From the human T2T-CHM13v2.0 reference genome, Homo sapiens, in assembly GCF_009914755.1 (NCBI RefSeq), contig NC_060947.1: DNA of 64,000 nucleotides; one strand, given 5' to 3'. Under the pieces are notes generated by a model that saw only the letters and a list, made by a program, of their open reading frames with translations, searched no databases and had not been told where the DNA came from. Below are positions 1 to 14,487 of the stretch, piece by piece. Position numbers and translations under genes: made by a program. Every line of letters begins with the position of its first letter. The stretch's first letter is position 1.

Positions 1-1157
1 TGCTGGCCAGCAGGTGTGGCATGGACAGTAGCAGTAGCAGTGACAAGACAACCTTCTATTTTCCAAGTGATCTGTGCTTGTGTTGGCAGTGGCTGTGGCA
101 GGTTGGACAGGCCAATTCCCAGGTCTGTAGGTGGTGCATGCTGACGGGTACAAGCTTTGGTGGTATCAACTGGTTGTGTTGGCCCAACTTGAGGCTTCTG
201 GGAGGAGTGCTCAGTTGTCAACACTGGTGGACTGAGCAGGCAATCCTCACTCTCCTGGACAATGAGCTTGGACACTGGTAGTGGTGGTGCTGGGCCAGGC
301 AGATCTGTATTAAGGGCCTCCTCTTGTGGTGCATGCAGGTGCTGACTGTGGTCGGCAGGGGTAGGGTGATCCCAGACCTCTGGTGGAATGCTTGGGTAGG
401 GGTATCAGTGGCTGCACTGTGTCCCTGATATCAGGGAGCCACAGGTTGTTTTCAGTGGCAGCAGCAATTGTCAGGCAGGTAGGGAGTGTGCACTTTTGCC
501 CTGGGTAGTAGCTACAGCAGGGTAGCCTGTCATTAGGGTGCTTGCAAATGCAAGAGGCTCCACTGCTGGGGGCAGTGGGGTTGCTTCCAATGGCTCATAC
601 TTTGACCCTGGTAGCAGCAGCCAGCTGCGGTGGTGGCTGTAGGCAGAGGATGTTCATTGTACTCCAGGGATGTGTAGAGGCAGAGGATGTTGACCCCCAG
701 GGCAGGATGCTGTCTATTGGAGACCGAGCTCTCAAAATGGTGTCATGCTGTAGCTGTTTAGGATTTGGGGGTGGGTGGGGGGTGAGACCCAATGTGACAT
801 CTCTCTCTGGAGCAATGCCGTCACATAATCTCCAGGCATATTCCCTATGTTAGTCTCAGGGCCCACATGGATCAAGGGTTCTCCATAGCTAGGACTGCAG
901 GAGTTCACAGTGAGACTGCTGGGGTCTCTCACTTATCCTTTCATCATATTGGGGATCTTTTCCAGGTCCCCAGCCCATTCCAGCTGAGCAGGCTGCCTTG
1001 CTTCCCTCTTTTTCCTTGCCTTAGGTACTTCCTGTCACTTCTTTGCTGAATTCTAGCATTCTCCCATAGATGATGTATTTGAAGTGTGATTACTAGCTAT
1101 TTTGGTTCTTCTTTGTGGAGGAGGTAAGTACCAGATGCCTCTAGTCAGCTAGCTTCC
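1..1157 (-). mobile_element. Old L1 5'UTR (L1PB/L1MA-like)
   Basis: GC-richer block ending ...ccagatgcctctagtcagctagcttcc, resembling the reverse complement of an old L1 5' terminus. Confidence 0.55.
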
Positions 1158-1194
1158 TTTCTCTCTCTAATGACATGTAATTTTAAACAACATA

Positions 1195-1546
1195 CAGTCA
1201 TGCATTTCTTAACGACACGGATACAATTTGAGAAATGTGTCGTTAGGGGATTTTGTCATTGTGCAAACATCACAGATTGTACTTACACAAACCTGGATGG
1301 TATAGCCTACTACACACCTAGGCCATAGGTGTAGCCTATTGTTGCTAGGCTACAAACCTGTAAGCATGTTATTAATACTTCACCGAATATTGTAGGCAAT
1401 TATAACACAATGCTAAGTATTTATGCATCTAAATATATCTAAATGTAGAAAAGGTACAGTAAAAATATGGTATTATTATATTATGGGACCATTCTCATAT
1501 ATATGGTCTGTCATTGACCAAAACACTCTTATACAGCACATGACTG
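1195..1546 (-). mobile_element. Tigger3a/MER7A non-autonomous DNA transposon
   Basis: TIRs CAGTCATG...CATGACTG flanked by TA on both sides; interior matches recalled consensus. Confidence 0.9.
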
Positions 1547-2905
1547 TAGTTATATTTTTCACATTTCAAATTGGTGAAAAATATTTTAAAGTAAATTATC
1601 TAGTATCAGTGAGGGTACACTAAAATGGCCACTATCATGCTTTACTAATGGGGGAGTATGAATCTTGATATAATTTGATAATATATATCTTGAACTTTAA
1701 TGAAAATATTTTAGAACCCAGTAATTTTATTTGTAGAACTCTACTAATAATGAATAGATCAGAAAGAGACCTATCTTTGATTACAAAGATGTCTATTTTA
1801 GTCTTTTTGCTCTAGTGAAATACTGGAAATGTTAATATTCAAAAATAGTGTATAGTTAATTATGTTACATCTACCTAATTAATATATTTAAAATAACATT
1901 TAATTAAGACTTAGTAATATTGGAAATTGCTCACATTTTAATTTAAGTGAAATATCAGGTTGTATGGATCCTGATAAGGACACATGATGCACGGAAAGAA
2001 AAAGGTAAGATGCTAATTCATGAGAGAATATGACTAATATTTTATTTTGGAGAGAACCTTAAGGATTTTTTCCTGTTTTTCAGTAATTTCCCAATTTTCT
2101 TTAATAATCTATTTATTAAAAAATATTACTTTTATAACAAAAAAACTACTGAAAAGATAGTCAACTTGCCTCTGAAGTAGCCAAGATGATTCCCCTTTTC
2201 TCTAAAGATATTATTTCAATTATTTCAAAAAATGATCAACTAGGATATATGAAAAAAAATTCAACTGCACACATTCAAATTGTGAGCTATTCTGCATTCC
2301 ACTTTAAATACCTACCCAAAAAATTAACTCTGACCAGCAATCTCATGAATATCTATCAAAAGTGAAAAGATGGACAGTGCAAGGTAACACGAATGACTTA
2401 ACATGAGCCCATTCCCAAACCAGAAAAGAACAACCAAAAGCATAAGTCCTAACTATGGCAATTGAAACATTATTTTCAAATTCAGATGACAATGTTGTCA
2501 TTTTATTTCTGGTGAATATAGGCTCAGCCATATTTTTTTCCTTCATTTTCTAAGCTCTTTTTTAAAACTCTGTTGATAAGAGCACTTTAACTCATTTTGG
2601 CTTCTTTCACAGTAATATACTAAAGAAGTAAGAGAGTAAATAATATATCAAGATCAACTCCAAAGACTAACTTCTAAAATACTAATTAATTTTAATAGCT
2701 ACGTTATTTGTACTGTATTTAACTTCTACATTCAAGTTTGCTTTCATGTAAATATATCCATATGTATGTATTATATATTACACATATGCATACCATACAT
2801 TCACATTTATTATTTATGTGTAGATATTTATATTCTGTTTTTAAATTAAATTTTTAAGCAATTTATTTTTCAAATTGTGGAAATTATAGTACTGCTAGCA
2901 AAAAC

Positions 2906-2911
<6 letters not shown>

Positions 2912-2976
<65 letters not shown>
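2912..2976. repeat. Compound microsatellite (AT)n(GA)n
   Basis: Directly visible: (AT) run 2912-2940, then (GA) run 2941-2976. Confidence 0.98.
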
Positions 2977-2979
<3 letters not shown>

Positions 2980-3159
2980 ACCAGCTATAAAGTACAAATA
3001 GTTGACTTTTACCACTTAAAAATGTAAATCTTATCATATACACACACACACAACACACACACAATGCACCTACTTAAAAAGACAAATATCACACTAGGAA
3101 AAATGCATAATATGTAGTGAAGGTTTTTTTTTTTTTTTTTTTTTACCCTTAATATAGGA

Positions 3160-3930
3160 AGTACTCTAGAGAACTAATAAGAAAATATAAAAATTCATAT
3201 GGGAAAGTGGGCAAAGTATGTCAACAGGAAATTGAGAGAAGAGATGGAAATGGGCCATTAACATTAAAAAGATGACCAAGGTCACCCATAAATAGAACAA
3301 ATAATAGCAAGAAGAAATACTGTATTTCATATTGCAGATTGGGTATTAGAAATCTTTCTCATCATTGCCAGTGTTGATAAGTATATGGGAAAACAGGCAC
3401 TTTTATATAGCTTTAGTAGGTAAATAAATTGGTAGGTCTTTTTTAAGGGGGAAATTTGGTAATATCTAAACAAACATTAAATGCATATATTTTCAACCCA
3501 TCATTTCTACTTCTAATAAATTATACAAGAGGTGTGTAAAAGATGTGTACAAGGATATTAAGTGCAGCACTGTTTTTAATATCAAAACACTGGAAATCTA
3601 GATGTCCATCAACAAGGGACTGGCTAAAAAAAATAACACATATATAAACAGAATCCTATGCAGTCATTAAAAATGACGAGGCAGATTTGTACTACAAATA
3701 TGGGGAAATATCCAAGATAATATGAACTGGAAAAAATTATGAGACTTTTTGTAGTATGTGATCCCATTTGTACATGCGTGGAAAATTTGGGGAATTATAT
3801 ATAATACATTATTAACCTGACTGTGTCTCAAGAGTGAAACCTGAAGGATGGAGAGGGAGGGGGATGATACACTTTATTCACTTTAAACCTGTTTTTACTA
3901 TTAATTTTTAAATCACTGGCCAATATTACT
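3160..3930 (+). mobile_element. Degenerate L1ME-type 3' fragment
   Basis: L1 3' hallmarks such as aaagtgggcaaag, gcagcactgtt, atgtccatcaacaagggactgg. Confidence 0.65.
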
Positions 3931-5134
3931 TTAACATAAAGATAATAGTAGCTAAAATTACCTACTGAAAAAGAAAATATGAGCTTGTTATATCTACCTT
4001 GATAATGGCTTGAAATTCAGTATCATCAAAGTGGTTTTTAATTTTGAATATCACAGTCACCACAGAAGTGTCTCACCCACACATAAAGTAATCCCAATCA
4101 CTTCCACACTTCCTCTGATAGTGTAACATCTCCAAAGGAGCTGTTACAGAGTCAACTGCACTGTCTCACACACGCCTAATGGGTCCAACAGAGCCATTAG
4201 GATGTCAGTTATATGGCAGGGCTCCTGCTGAAGCTATTACCAAGTCATTGCATTGTTTCATACACTTCCTTTAGCAATCAGATGGTTTCTGAGGAATTGT
4301 TATCACTGCTATGTAAGGGTCCTATATAACTTACACTACCAGGGGAAAACAAAAAAAAAGCAAAGGAAAGAAATGGAAAACAAACAAACAAATTCCCTCC
4401 ATCAAATGTACATGGTCAAATATCAGAAGAAATAACTCATCATTTGGGTATAACTATTACATGTCATTCAAGAAACCCAGGCATTAGGCTAGCCATTTTT
4501 TTCACAACTCCAGCGGTTTCCTTGAATGAATTTAGGGTCTGAGAACAGCATATGCATGGCTATGATGGTATGTTTATTGGTAGCACATACCGCACTACTT
4601 AGGTTCTGTGGTATGCAGTACAGAAGCAACAGGGAGCAGTACTAATGGATTTCTTGGCTGTTATGAGATTGTATCAGATATTCCCTTACCTGTAAAGTTG
4701 CTGAACAGAACAACATAGGGAGCTCAGCCGCCCAACAGTCAAGGAAATCAACAGGACTTCTGAGTACTAATTAAAATCCCACCTCTCCCTTAAAGGGTTA
4801 CTACAATGACAACGGGAAATACAACAGCACAAGTTAACCTGCAGCCAGGTCTGAAGTGCCTCAGGGAACTTCCTCTCACAGTCTTCTAAGTTTAGCAGAA
4901 CAAGGTTGTTGCCTATTAATAAAATGTTGTATTATTTAAAATAAGACAAGTGCAAGGATTTTTACCTACTTTAAAATGAGCAGAAAGTAGGCTGGGTTCT
5001 GCTAGGCTAAAGAGTTCCCTGGGATATTAGGTGTTTCAGAAGCTATGCTGCCTCTTTGTCTAATACGTGATAACAGGTACCTTACCTGATAGCATCTGTC
5101 CCATAATACGTGCATAATAAATTAATAGTGATAA

Positions 5135-5390
5135 ACAACAACCACAACTGACATTTATAGAGCATTTCATTTTAACAGACACACTGTAAAGTGCTATATA
5201 TCCATTTTCTCATTTAATCCTCACCACAAAAACTCCCAAGACTTTGCAGTCACCATTTGACAGATAAAGAAACTAAGACTTGGAGATCTTTAGTTACCTG
5301 TCCAAGGACATATAGCAGGTAAATGGCAGAACTAGTGCAAAAACCTAGGTCTGTCTTACATCGTGGTTATTCTTAACCACTTACTATACA
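5135..5390 (-). mobile_element. MIR SINE
   Basis: catttaatcctcac...cattt..cagataaagaaactaagact...tgtccaaggaca core. Confidence 0.8.
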
Positions 5391-6007
5391 GAAAACGTTG
5401 TTTATTTATATTGTATTAATATTACCACTTTTACGTTACTAAATGGTTTCACATCCCTTGTGCTCTCAGAGCAAGCTACCGTATCTTTATCATGGTATTA
5501 ACTAAAGTGTATTAAAATTAGCTTTCAATCCTCTCTAGTAGACCTCTTTGGGTATACATATCCATTTGACACTGACAGCCCTGCATTGGGAATTGCTTCG
5601 AGAATCAATTGGGTAGGCTTCCAGAAAGCAACATTTGTATTACTGACCTTACCCCTCATTGTAGCTGATGAGACCAGTGGTAGACAGCTGACTCAAGTTG
5701 AGAAAATTATTCTGTCTCCTTGGAATTTAGAAATGGCACTAAAAAAAATCTGGTTAATCTTAGCTTCTTTCCTGAATAGAAGAAATATGAACTAAGGTTT
5801 TATGGGGTATGGGGTTTTTATACCTGTCCTGTAGATGGAAACTTAGAGAAACTCAACCTGCAGAGACAGTGTTGAAGGAGATGGGTTTCAAAACAAAAAG
5901 CAAGGTCTTAACAATTCTTCTGAGAATTGTTAAGGGACTGCAACAAGTCCCTTCTTGTGGTATAGCCACACTCTTGCCCTGAGTCCAATGGAGCATTCTC
6001 ACGTACT

Positions 6008-6232
6008 TTATTTTTTTAAATTGTATTTCTTGTGGGTACCTAGTAGGTATATATATTTATGGGGTACATGAGATGTTTTGATATAGGCCTGCAATGCATA
6101 TTAATCACATCATATAAAATGAGGTATCCATCCTCTCAAGCATTTATCCTTTGTATTACAACTGATCATATTTCACTATTTTAGTTATATTAAAATGTAC
6201 AATCAGACTATTACTGACTACAGTCACCTTGT
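6008..6232 (-). mobile_element. L1MA-type 3' end
   Basis: tatatatttatggggtacatgagatgttttgatatagg...caagcatttatcc. Confidence 0.85.
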
Positions 6233-6334
6233 ATTCTTATGTACTTTTAATACAATTGTTTTCAGTTTAAGCTAGCTCAAGTTGATTCCTGTTACCCATA
6301 ATAGGCGATCTTAACTAATAGGGCATCAATCTCT

Positions 6335-6452
6335 CCCAGTAGACGGTAAATTCCTTGACATTGGGGAATGTGTGTTATTCATCTTTCATATATTCCCAAT
6401 CTCTAGTACACAGTTTGGCAAAGAGAAGGTGCTTAATAAATATTTCTTGAAC
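6335..6452 (+). mobile_element. L2 3' end
   Basis: ...ctagtacacagtttggca...gtgcttaataaatatttcttgaa. Confidence 0.65.
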
Positions 6453-6797
6453 AGAAATATCATTATCATCAAGGCTATAACTATAAATAATTTATTTGCA
6501 ATTTATATTTTATTAAAGATTACAATACTTTTTCACTACCTAGAAAATGTGTTTCCATTTAGCTTCTTGATAAACAATTTTTATTTTCACATTTTATAGT
6601 TCAACTGTTCCATTCAGGCCACATGTGAAAAACACATTCTTGGAAATTGATTATTCAAATTTAGCTGTTGATACTGTTTTTTCCTCCAGTTCAATGTGTA
6701 GCCAAATGTAACTGCTGAGGGGTACCCTAATCACTGAGGTTGATACTTAAGTAGGACTGTCAAAGTCTTCTAAGAAATGCTTATTAGAAAGTAAAGA

Positions 6798-8127
<1,330 letters not shown>

Positions 8128-10690
8128 ATGACCATTAGATCACCTGTCAGAGACAGAGTTGTATATTAGATGACCAGAGGTCTGACACACTGTAGCACTT
8201 TTATCCTTATGAGAGTCACACAAGACAAGATCAACAAAAAATATATTTTACCCTTAGAACAATGCATATTTTTCATTTATTTAGTGCCTACTGTGCTCTA
8301 GGTCCCCTTGCTAAGTACTGAAGCTACAAAAGTGAATAAATTAGACCCTTTCTTCAAGTAGCTTCCAGTCTAGTGCTTATTAACAATGATTGTTAGGATA
8401 TAAAATACACAACTCTAGTATTAGTCTATGAAGAGTAGTAATGTTGTTAGTAAGGTGAAATGGGAATAAAAATGACATAGAATAAAGCATGATGGTTGAT
8501 ATCAAAGTATCACCTAGGTATTGACTGTTCACAGGTCCCAGAATGAAGCTAACTTGAATGAATCTGCATCTTTCTTGACAGACAATTCAGCATCAACAGA
8601 TGATGAAGGGTTTACTTAGGACAAATTTGAGAGAATGGAAACATAATGCATTAGTGCTCTGATACCCCTGTGAAAGGCTCCAGATCCCCTTCTGTCACCT
8701 GATGATTTCCCTTCCAGTACTTCAGGCCTTTAAGTTCAAGTGTTTTAGTGTTGAAATTAAGGGTTATTTCTTATAATCCTTCATGAGTTATAAAATGTCA
8801 GAGACATAAATTCAATTAAGGGCAACCAAACAGAGTTAAGGAAATGAGGAAAAAAATTCTGAAAGGCTTGGCCAATTAATGAAATAAAAGAAACAAGTCC
8901 TTATAAACATGATTTTGGAAATGTAAGTAGAAAACCAAAGTAATATTCTCCTAGGATGAATAGAATAGTAAGCATCTTTGAAATTACTTCTCAGAATATT
9001 TCTCAGTTGGACAATTCACCTAAATTAACAATTTCCTCCATCTTCACTTTTTCTAACATTCAGAGCAAGTGAGGCTCAAATGTTCCTAAGCTGATCCATG
9101 ATATCATGCCCACTGCCTCATCGATAATCTAAAATTCAGAAAGTATATGAAGACAGAAACAAAACAAAATGTCATTAACATTAATTGAGCCACAGGGATG
9201 GGCTGGCATGGAGTCTGAGGTAGCAAAACATATACATAAAAAATATTCTAAGTAGTTTTACTTTTTCAGATATAACATGTATAAACTCAAATTAATAAAA
9301 TAGATGCCTTGATAAGCATGCTTTCATGAATGGATAAAGTCAATGGGAAATAAATAGCAACATTTCCACACAAACACCAAGTTCATTCATTGGAAATAAC
9401 TTGTTTCCTCAAATTAACATGCTTTTGGAAAAGCCATTTACACTCTTATCTTAACTCAAACCAACTCCTCAAGGATCTATGGAAATGCTGAAGGCAGGCC
9501 AGGCATGGTTGTCATCAATTAAAATCTGTGGAATCCACATTGGTAAAATCTTACCATAGGTGATAAATAAGGACCCAAATTATATACTCCTTATTGAAAA
9601 TATTAGTAGGAGTCAAAGTAAGACATACAGAACAGAGCAGGGAAAAGTTGTTCAAGTTTACATATTGCATACACACATGATCCAAAGGAGAAAGCAAAGC
9701 ATACTTGGAAAATAATCCATTGCATTCAACTAGATTGTTTCTGAATTGCTGTTTTAATACTTCCTCATATGTAAAATGGAAATAATAGAATTTGTTTCAC
9801 AGAGTGGTCATAAGGATGAAATGGGATAAAGATATGAAAAGTGTGTTTGGAAATTTTGAAATGCTAATCCAATAATAACAGTGAACATTCATATTCTTCC
9901 TACATGTTAAAAACACTGTTCTAAATCCTTATATACTAGTTTCATCCCATTTTTGAGTCACTGCCCTGTGGTGGGATGCTTGGACCCTACCACGAGGTGT
10001 TAGAGAAGGGCCCAGCACAGGCCCAGTTGTGAAAACCATTTATAAATGTTACTTTCAGTAGTATCCCTCTCCAAAGGGGCAAAACCCAATGAACACAATG
10101 AAGGCAAAAGTAAAAATATACACCAATGCCCCCTTACTAAGGAATGACACAGTGTAAATATAGGTTTACAGAAGAGAATGAACATTTTTTTTTCATTTGA
10201 AAGTGTTATTTATGATTGATGACATGGATAAAGTGTGATGCTAAAGCCAAGCATGAACACCTGGAGGAAGAGACCAAGGCCAACTGCTAGGCAACATCTG
10301 AAAGTTATGACAATACCTAAACTATACTGAGTTAATTATGAGAGCCATGTAAAACATGGTAGATTTGTAGAAAGTCATGAAGCCAAATCCAACCCAACCT
10401 GATTTCAGTCTCTCCTCCCAGGTTAAATAAATGTTTTCTCATCCTACCTGGAATCCTGTTTTATCCTTCTCCCTAGCTCCCCCTTCACCTCCTCTTCACC
10501 ACCAACATTTTCACATGAAATTTTCAAGAAGAAAACAAACAAATAAGCTGCCACTGTATTCTCTGACAGGTTCATTGAGCAGGCTTGTATGTTGTTTGTC
10601 AGAGAAGCAGGGTTCCATTTTGTGGGGGTAGGGTGCCAGGGATGGGGTGAAGTAAAAATAATTTGTGATCAAATATTTGAAAACACTTGC

Positions 10691-10747
10691 CTTGAGTAGA
10701 CCCAGCTTGAGCCTCCATGTCACAACAAACAGGAGAGAATTTGAAAC
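10691..10747 (-). CDS. TENM1: Teneurin-1 57-nt coding exon, (G)FKFSPVCCDMEAQAGSTQ(D)
   Basis: Acceptor tttactgttacag|GT at 10748/10747. Continues the previous exon's frame exactly as in recalled TENM1 (DGENGFKFSPVCCDMEAQAGSTQD). Donor CAAG|gcaagt (GC-AG). Not present in the ORF track in this frame. Confidence 0.93.
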
Positions 10748-12375
10748 CTGTAACAGTAAACATTTCACTAGTTAAGCCTTGTCCAAGTCATCTGCAATTC
10801 CTCAAACTTCAACCCTTACCCTTCATCTAGTGGTGCTTAAAAAAAACCCAGCTTTATTGCAATATAATTCACATATGTAATATTCATCCTTTTAAAGCAT
10901 ACAATTCAGTGGTTTTTAGTATTTTTGCAGAGTTGCACAACCATCACATCTATCTAAGTCTAGAATATTTTCATCACCCCAAAAGATACCTCATAACAAG
11001 AGACTTGCAAAGGTAGAAGAATAGCAGAGCCCAGTGGGGAAACTTCTTTCATTTTAATGTTTCAACCCAGTGAATATGTCCAGAGTGAGATGAAGGAGAA
11101 GATGTCTTGCCAATATAAGAGATCACCTACCACCCCATTTCATATAATTTTGATCATTGTTTTTCCCAACTGAAAGACGAAACCCAGAAAACTGTAGTGA
11201 CCAGTCAAAGGTCTCCTAACTTCTATCCTAATGCCTTTCACTTACATGAATATGCTACATATGTCAAATATGTTCCCTTCTCATTTCCGTACGTTACTTC
11301 CTATACTCTTGGCCAAAGTCAACAATGCATACATGAACACATACATATATGAAAATAATCTAAAAAAAATCAAGACCCCAAGGATACTTGGTGATATTGT
11401 AAAGTGTTATGGTCTACTATTTAGGACGTGATATTCTAACTAGTAGGCAACCTCTAATTCCTGATTATATGGCCAGTATCACCTTTGGATTAAAGGAGGC
11501 AGAAGAGGACAAAATAGAAAAAACAAACTGCAGGTACAGGGCAGCTGGCTATCTCTCTGCCACCTGAAAAAGTACTAATTACCACTGTTAACAGAGTAAG
11601 CCTTGTGGTCATGGTAATGGGGACTTATAAAATGTACACAAACAGAATGATGGAGAGACTAATGTGTTTAATAAGCAGTAATGTGCTTTTTATGAAAAGA
11701 TTTTGTTCTCTGGTAGGAGCAAAAGAACAGAAATAAAATAAATTAACCCCTTTCCAACAAATCAAAAAGACAAAATTTTCCTTTTATAAAAGTTGCAAGA
11801 AAATCATATATGATTATGACATAATGATACTGCTGCTAGTCCTTATTGTCAAGCAAATGGATGATGTTCATTCACCTTCTGGTTTTTTAAACCACTTCAG
11901 TCCAACCTGGTTAATTTGCGTTTGTACATTCAACAGGTTAATCTGAATCCAAATAGTAAGCACATACAGAATATGCTTGCTACACAACTGTTCATCTCAC
12001 TGTTCATTTATTGATATAAAGCCAAAATACATGAAATTTGGACATTCTATAATAAATTCTACTAGTATTGCCGTGGAAAATAAAGATGAAAATAAAAGGT
12101 GAGTAATAAACAAAACATGCACGATATTATGGATTACATGAGATTATTTCCCTTGGGGGCTCACCGAAAATGAAAAGTATTTTGTCTGTTATTATAAATA
12201 AATGTCTATTTGCCAGATACTTAGGTGCATGCCTTGTCCATGAGTCCCTGCTAACTTGTATTTCCATTCTGCATATTAAATGAAAGAAGGGCAGATATAG
12301 GGAAGGAGAACAAAGCAAAGGCTAAAAACTGCATTCTTTCTGTGTTTTACTTAAACAATTCAAGTAGTTTATTAC
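10748..12375 (-). other. TENM1: TENM1 intron, 1628 nt, GT-AG
   Basis: Bounded by the donor and acceptor of the two exons. Confidence 0.92.
10849..10995 (-). mobile_element. L1MB-type 3' end fragment
   Basis: gctttattgcaatataattcacata...tacaattcagtggtttttagtat...tagaatattttcatcacccc. Confidence 0.8.
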
Positions 12376-12636
12376 CATTTTCCCCATCAGACTTCCTTTC
12401 ATGGTCAGTGTCAGTCAAGGATAATGCAGAGTTGGCCCGGCTGGACAAACAGGAACTATGCTCTGATTTCATTCCCCTTATCCACATTCTTAGTGCATGG
12501 TCAGGTGAGGCAGCACCTTCTGTCTCTGTGTCCACATCAGATCCCATCTCTAGCTGGTAGCCATGCCGAGAAACGCTGTGCATGTCTGTTTGGTAGCCAG
12601 AGCACAGAGTGTGAGAGGTTTCACAGAATTCCATCT
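12376..12636 (-). CDS. TENM1: Teneurin-1 internal coding exon (second coding exon by recollection), N-terminal intracellular domain
   Basis: Translation (E)[86 protein letters not shown](G) matches recalled human teneurin-1, including the teneurin motif [17 protein letters not shown]. Acceptor ttgtttcttctcag|AG at 12637/12636; donor AATG|gtaata at 12376/12375; 261 nt, phase 1-1. Confidence 0.96.
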
Positions 12637-14487
12637 CTGAGAAGAAACAAAGTTCAGAGAAAACGTTTAGAAGTATGAAGAAATCCCCCAGAAAATTCTA
12701 CTTTTTGTTCTCATTCCCCTCTCCCCCATTGGTAGTAATTACGTGTTTTTGCAAGTTAGAATTCTGGCCTTTTATTCATGGTAGCTAGGACTCTGTGCTT
12801 ATTTTGCACTTCTGTAGCTTAAAATTATGCTCCTGTTGATTCTTACAAGGTTCTGGAAAAAGCGCGCCCAAAATAGTTCTATAGCTACAATTTTAGGTTT
12901 CACAAAATGTAATGAAATAAGTGAGTGCAGAGGAGTATAAAGTGTAGAGAGGTGTCCTTTAAAAGATATTTCTTTTCTAGGAAGAATATATATGATCTGC
13001 AGAGTGTACCTATGCTTAAAATATTAAAATGATTTGCTTTTCTAAGTATTCCATACACATTGGATTTAAGAATAAATAATTCAATGTGAAAACTCTGAGA
13101 AAAAAGCATTAAGTTCAAATGCACTTTTCTAAAGTATTTTTCCTAAAACATGTTAATTTAAACTCTAAATCATCAGTACCTAATATCATTATTTTCCATT
13201 GATTTTAACGGAGTTCAAGGCTGACTTTATGCTAATTATTCTATGTAATTCATTTTTTTCCAATAAATACACACAAAAATTTAGTCATATATTGTACCTT
13301 GGCAGTGGTTCATGGATTGGATTTCCTCTCCTTTCCCCCTAGATCTTAGAGTTATAAAATTTTCAGAACCTTAAAGATGATGCAACGAATTCCTTCTTTT
13401 TATAGTTGAGGAAAATAAACTCCAGAGGATAGATATTATTTTTTCATAGCTCACATCAGATAGCAACAGAGCCCTTTTTCCTAAAACACCCATGTAGGCA
13501 TGGTTTCTGGTATACAACAACGATGCCCCATCAACTTACTGCATGAATATCAGGCATTCAGTCTTACAGTCAATTTTACATTCAGTTATAGCAAGGTGTC
13601 AAAAAGGGGAAAAGATGATTTAACAATTGCTAATAAGTTAATGAAAAATGACCACATGCCAAGACATATCATCTGAAATGTCCATGTAATACTTAGATAA
13701 GGTAATCCGGAGATGTAGTACACCATACAGGATTTTCTCAGACTGACATCAGAGACAGGATATGTCATTTGGCTGGGAAGGAGCTTAACTGAGTGCATCT
13801 AATCCTTAGCACATATCAATAAAATGCAAACTCTAACATGAATTTAATTCTCTGAATACAGAAAGTACTGGATTTTAGACCATACACTAGAGGAAAGCAA
13901 GCAGAATATGAATATATTTTTAAAATAACTATTTTTGGGGCATATAATTACCAAATAAGGGTTTAACAAAAAATTCTTATTGTTTACTTAATACCACTAG
14001 GTGCATAGCACTGTGCTTTGTGAAACATATAGTAGGCAAATAAAGCTACTATAATGTATTAGAAATATTCAATTAAAAATTAACTCTTTCAGGGTTATAA
14101 GTCACTGCTGAGTATGTTACCTTTTGATTTCCATGATGAATGTATTTAAGAGTAATTCCCTTTTTCTACAAAAACTTGGCTAAATTCCAAAGGAGTAGTA
14201 TTCAAAAAATAGTCGTGGTTTCCACTTGTCAAACATAACATTTTATGAAACCATGCTTCTTCCTGCCATAAGGCTAAAAGTAAAAATCCATTTTGCCCAA
14301 TATAAATTTTAGCAATCTAGAATATTGGGATCAGCTAATATTCATGCCTCTTAATTTCACAATGTTTCATTATCCAATCCTACTGTGCAGTTGTTGCTAC
14401 AGCAACCTGGTAATAAACCTTTCAGCTTGAAGCTGCAAGAAATGAATTTTATATAGGTCTGTAACAACTTACTTCACTCCCCTAGAA

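Noticed and set aside
767-783. G-rich run as a G4
   Set aside because: Only three separable G3+ tracts, inside the L1 5' region.
10511-10768. 85-aa minus-strand ORF over the small exon
   Set aside because: Wrong frame; the real exon reads FKFSPVCC in another frame.
12347-12634. 95-aa ORF as a standalone gene
   Set aside because: It is a TENM1 internal exon plus read-through past the donor; it has a splice acceptor immediately upstream.
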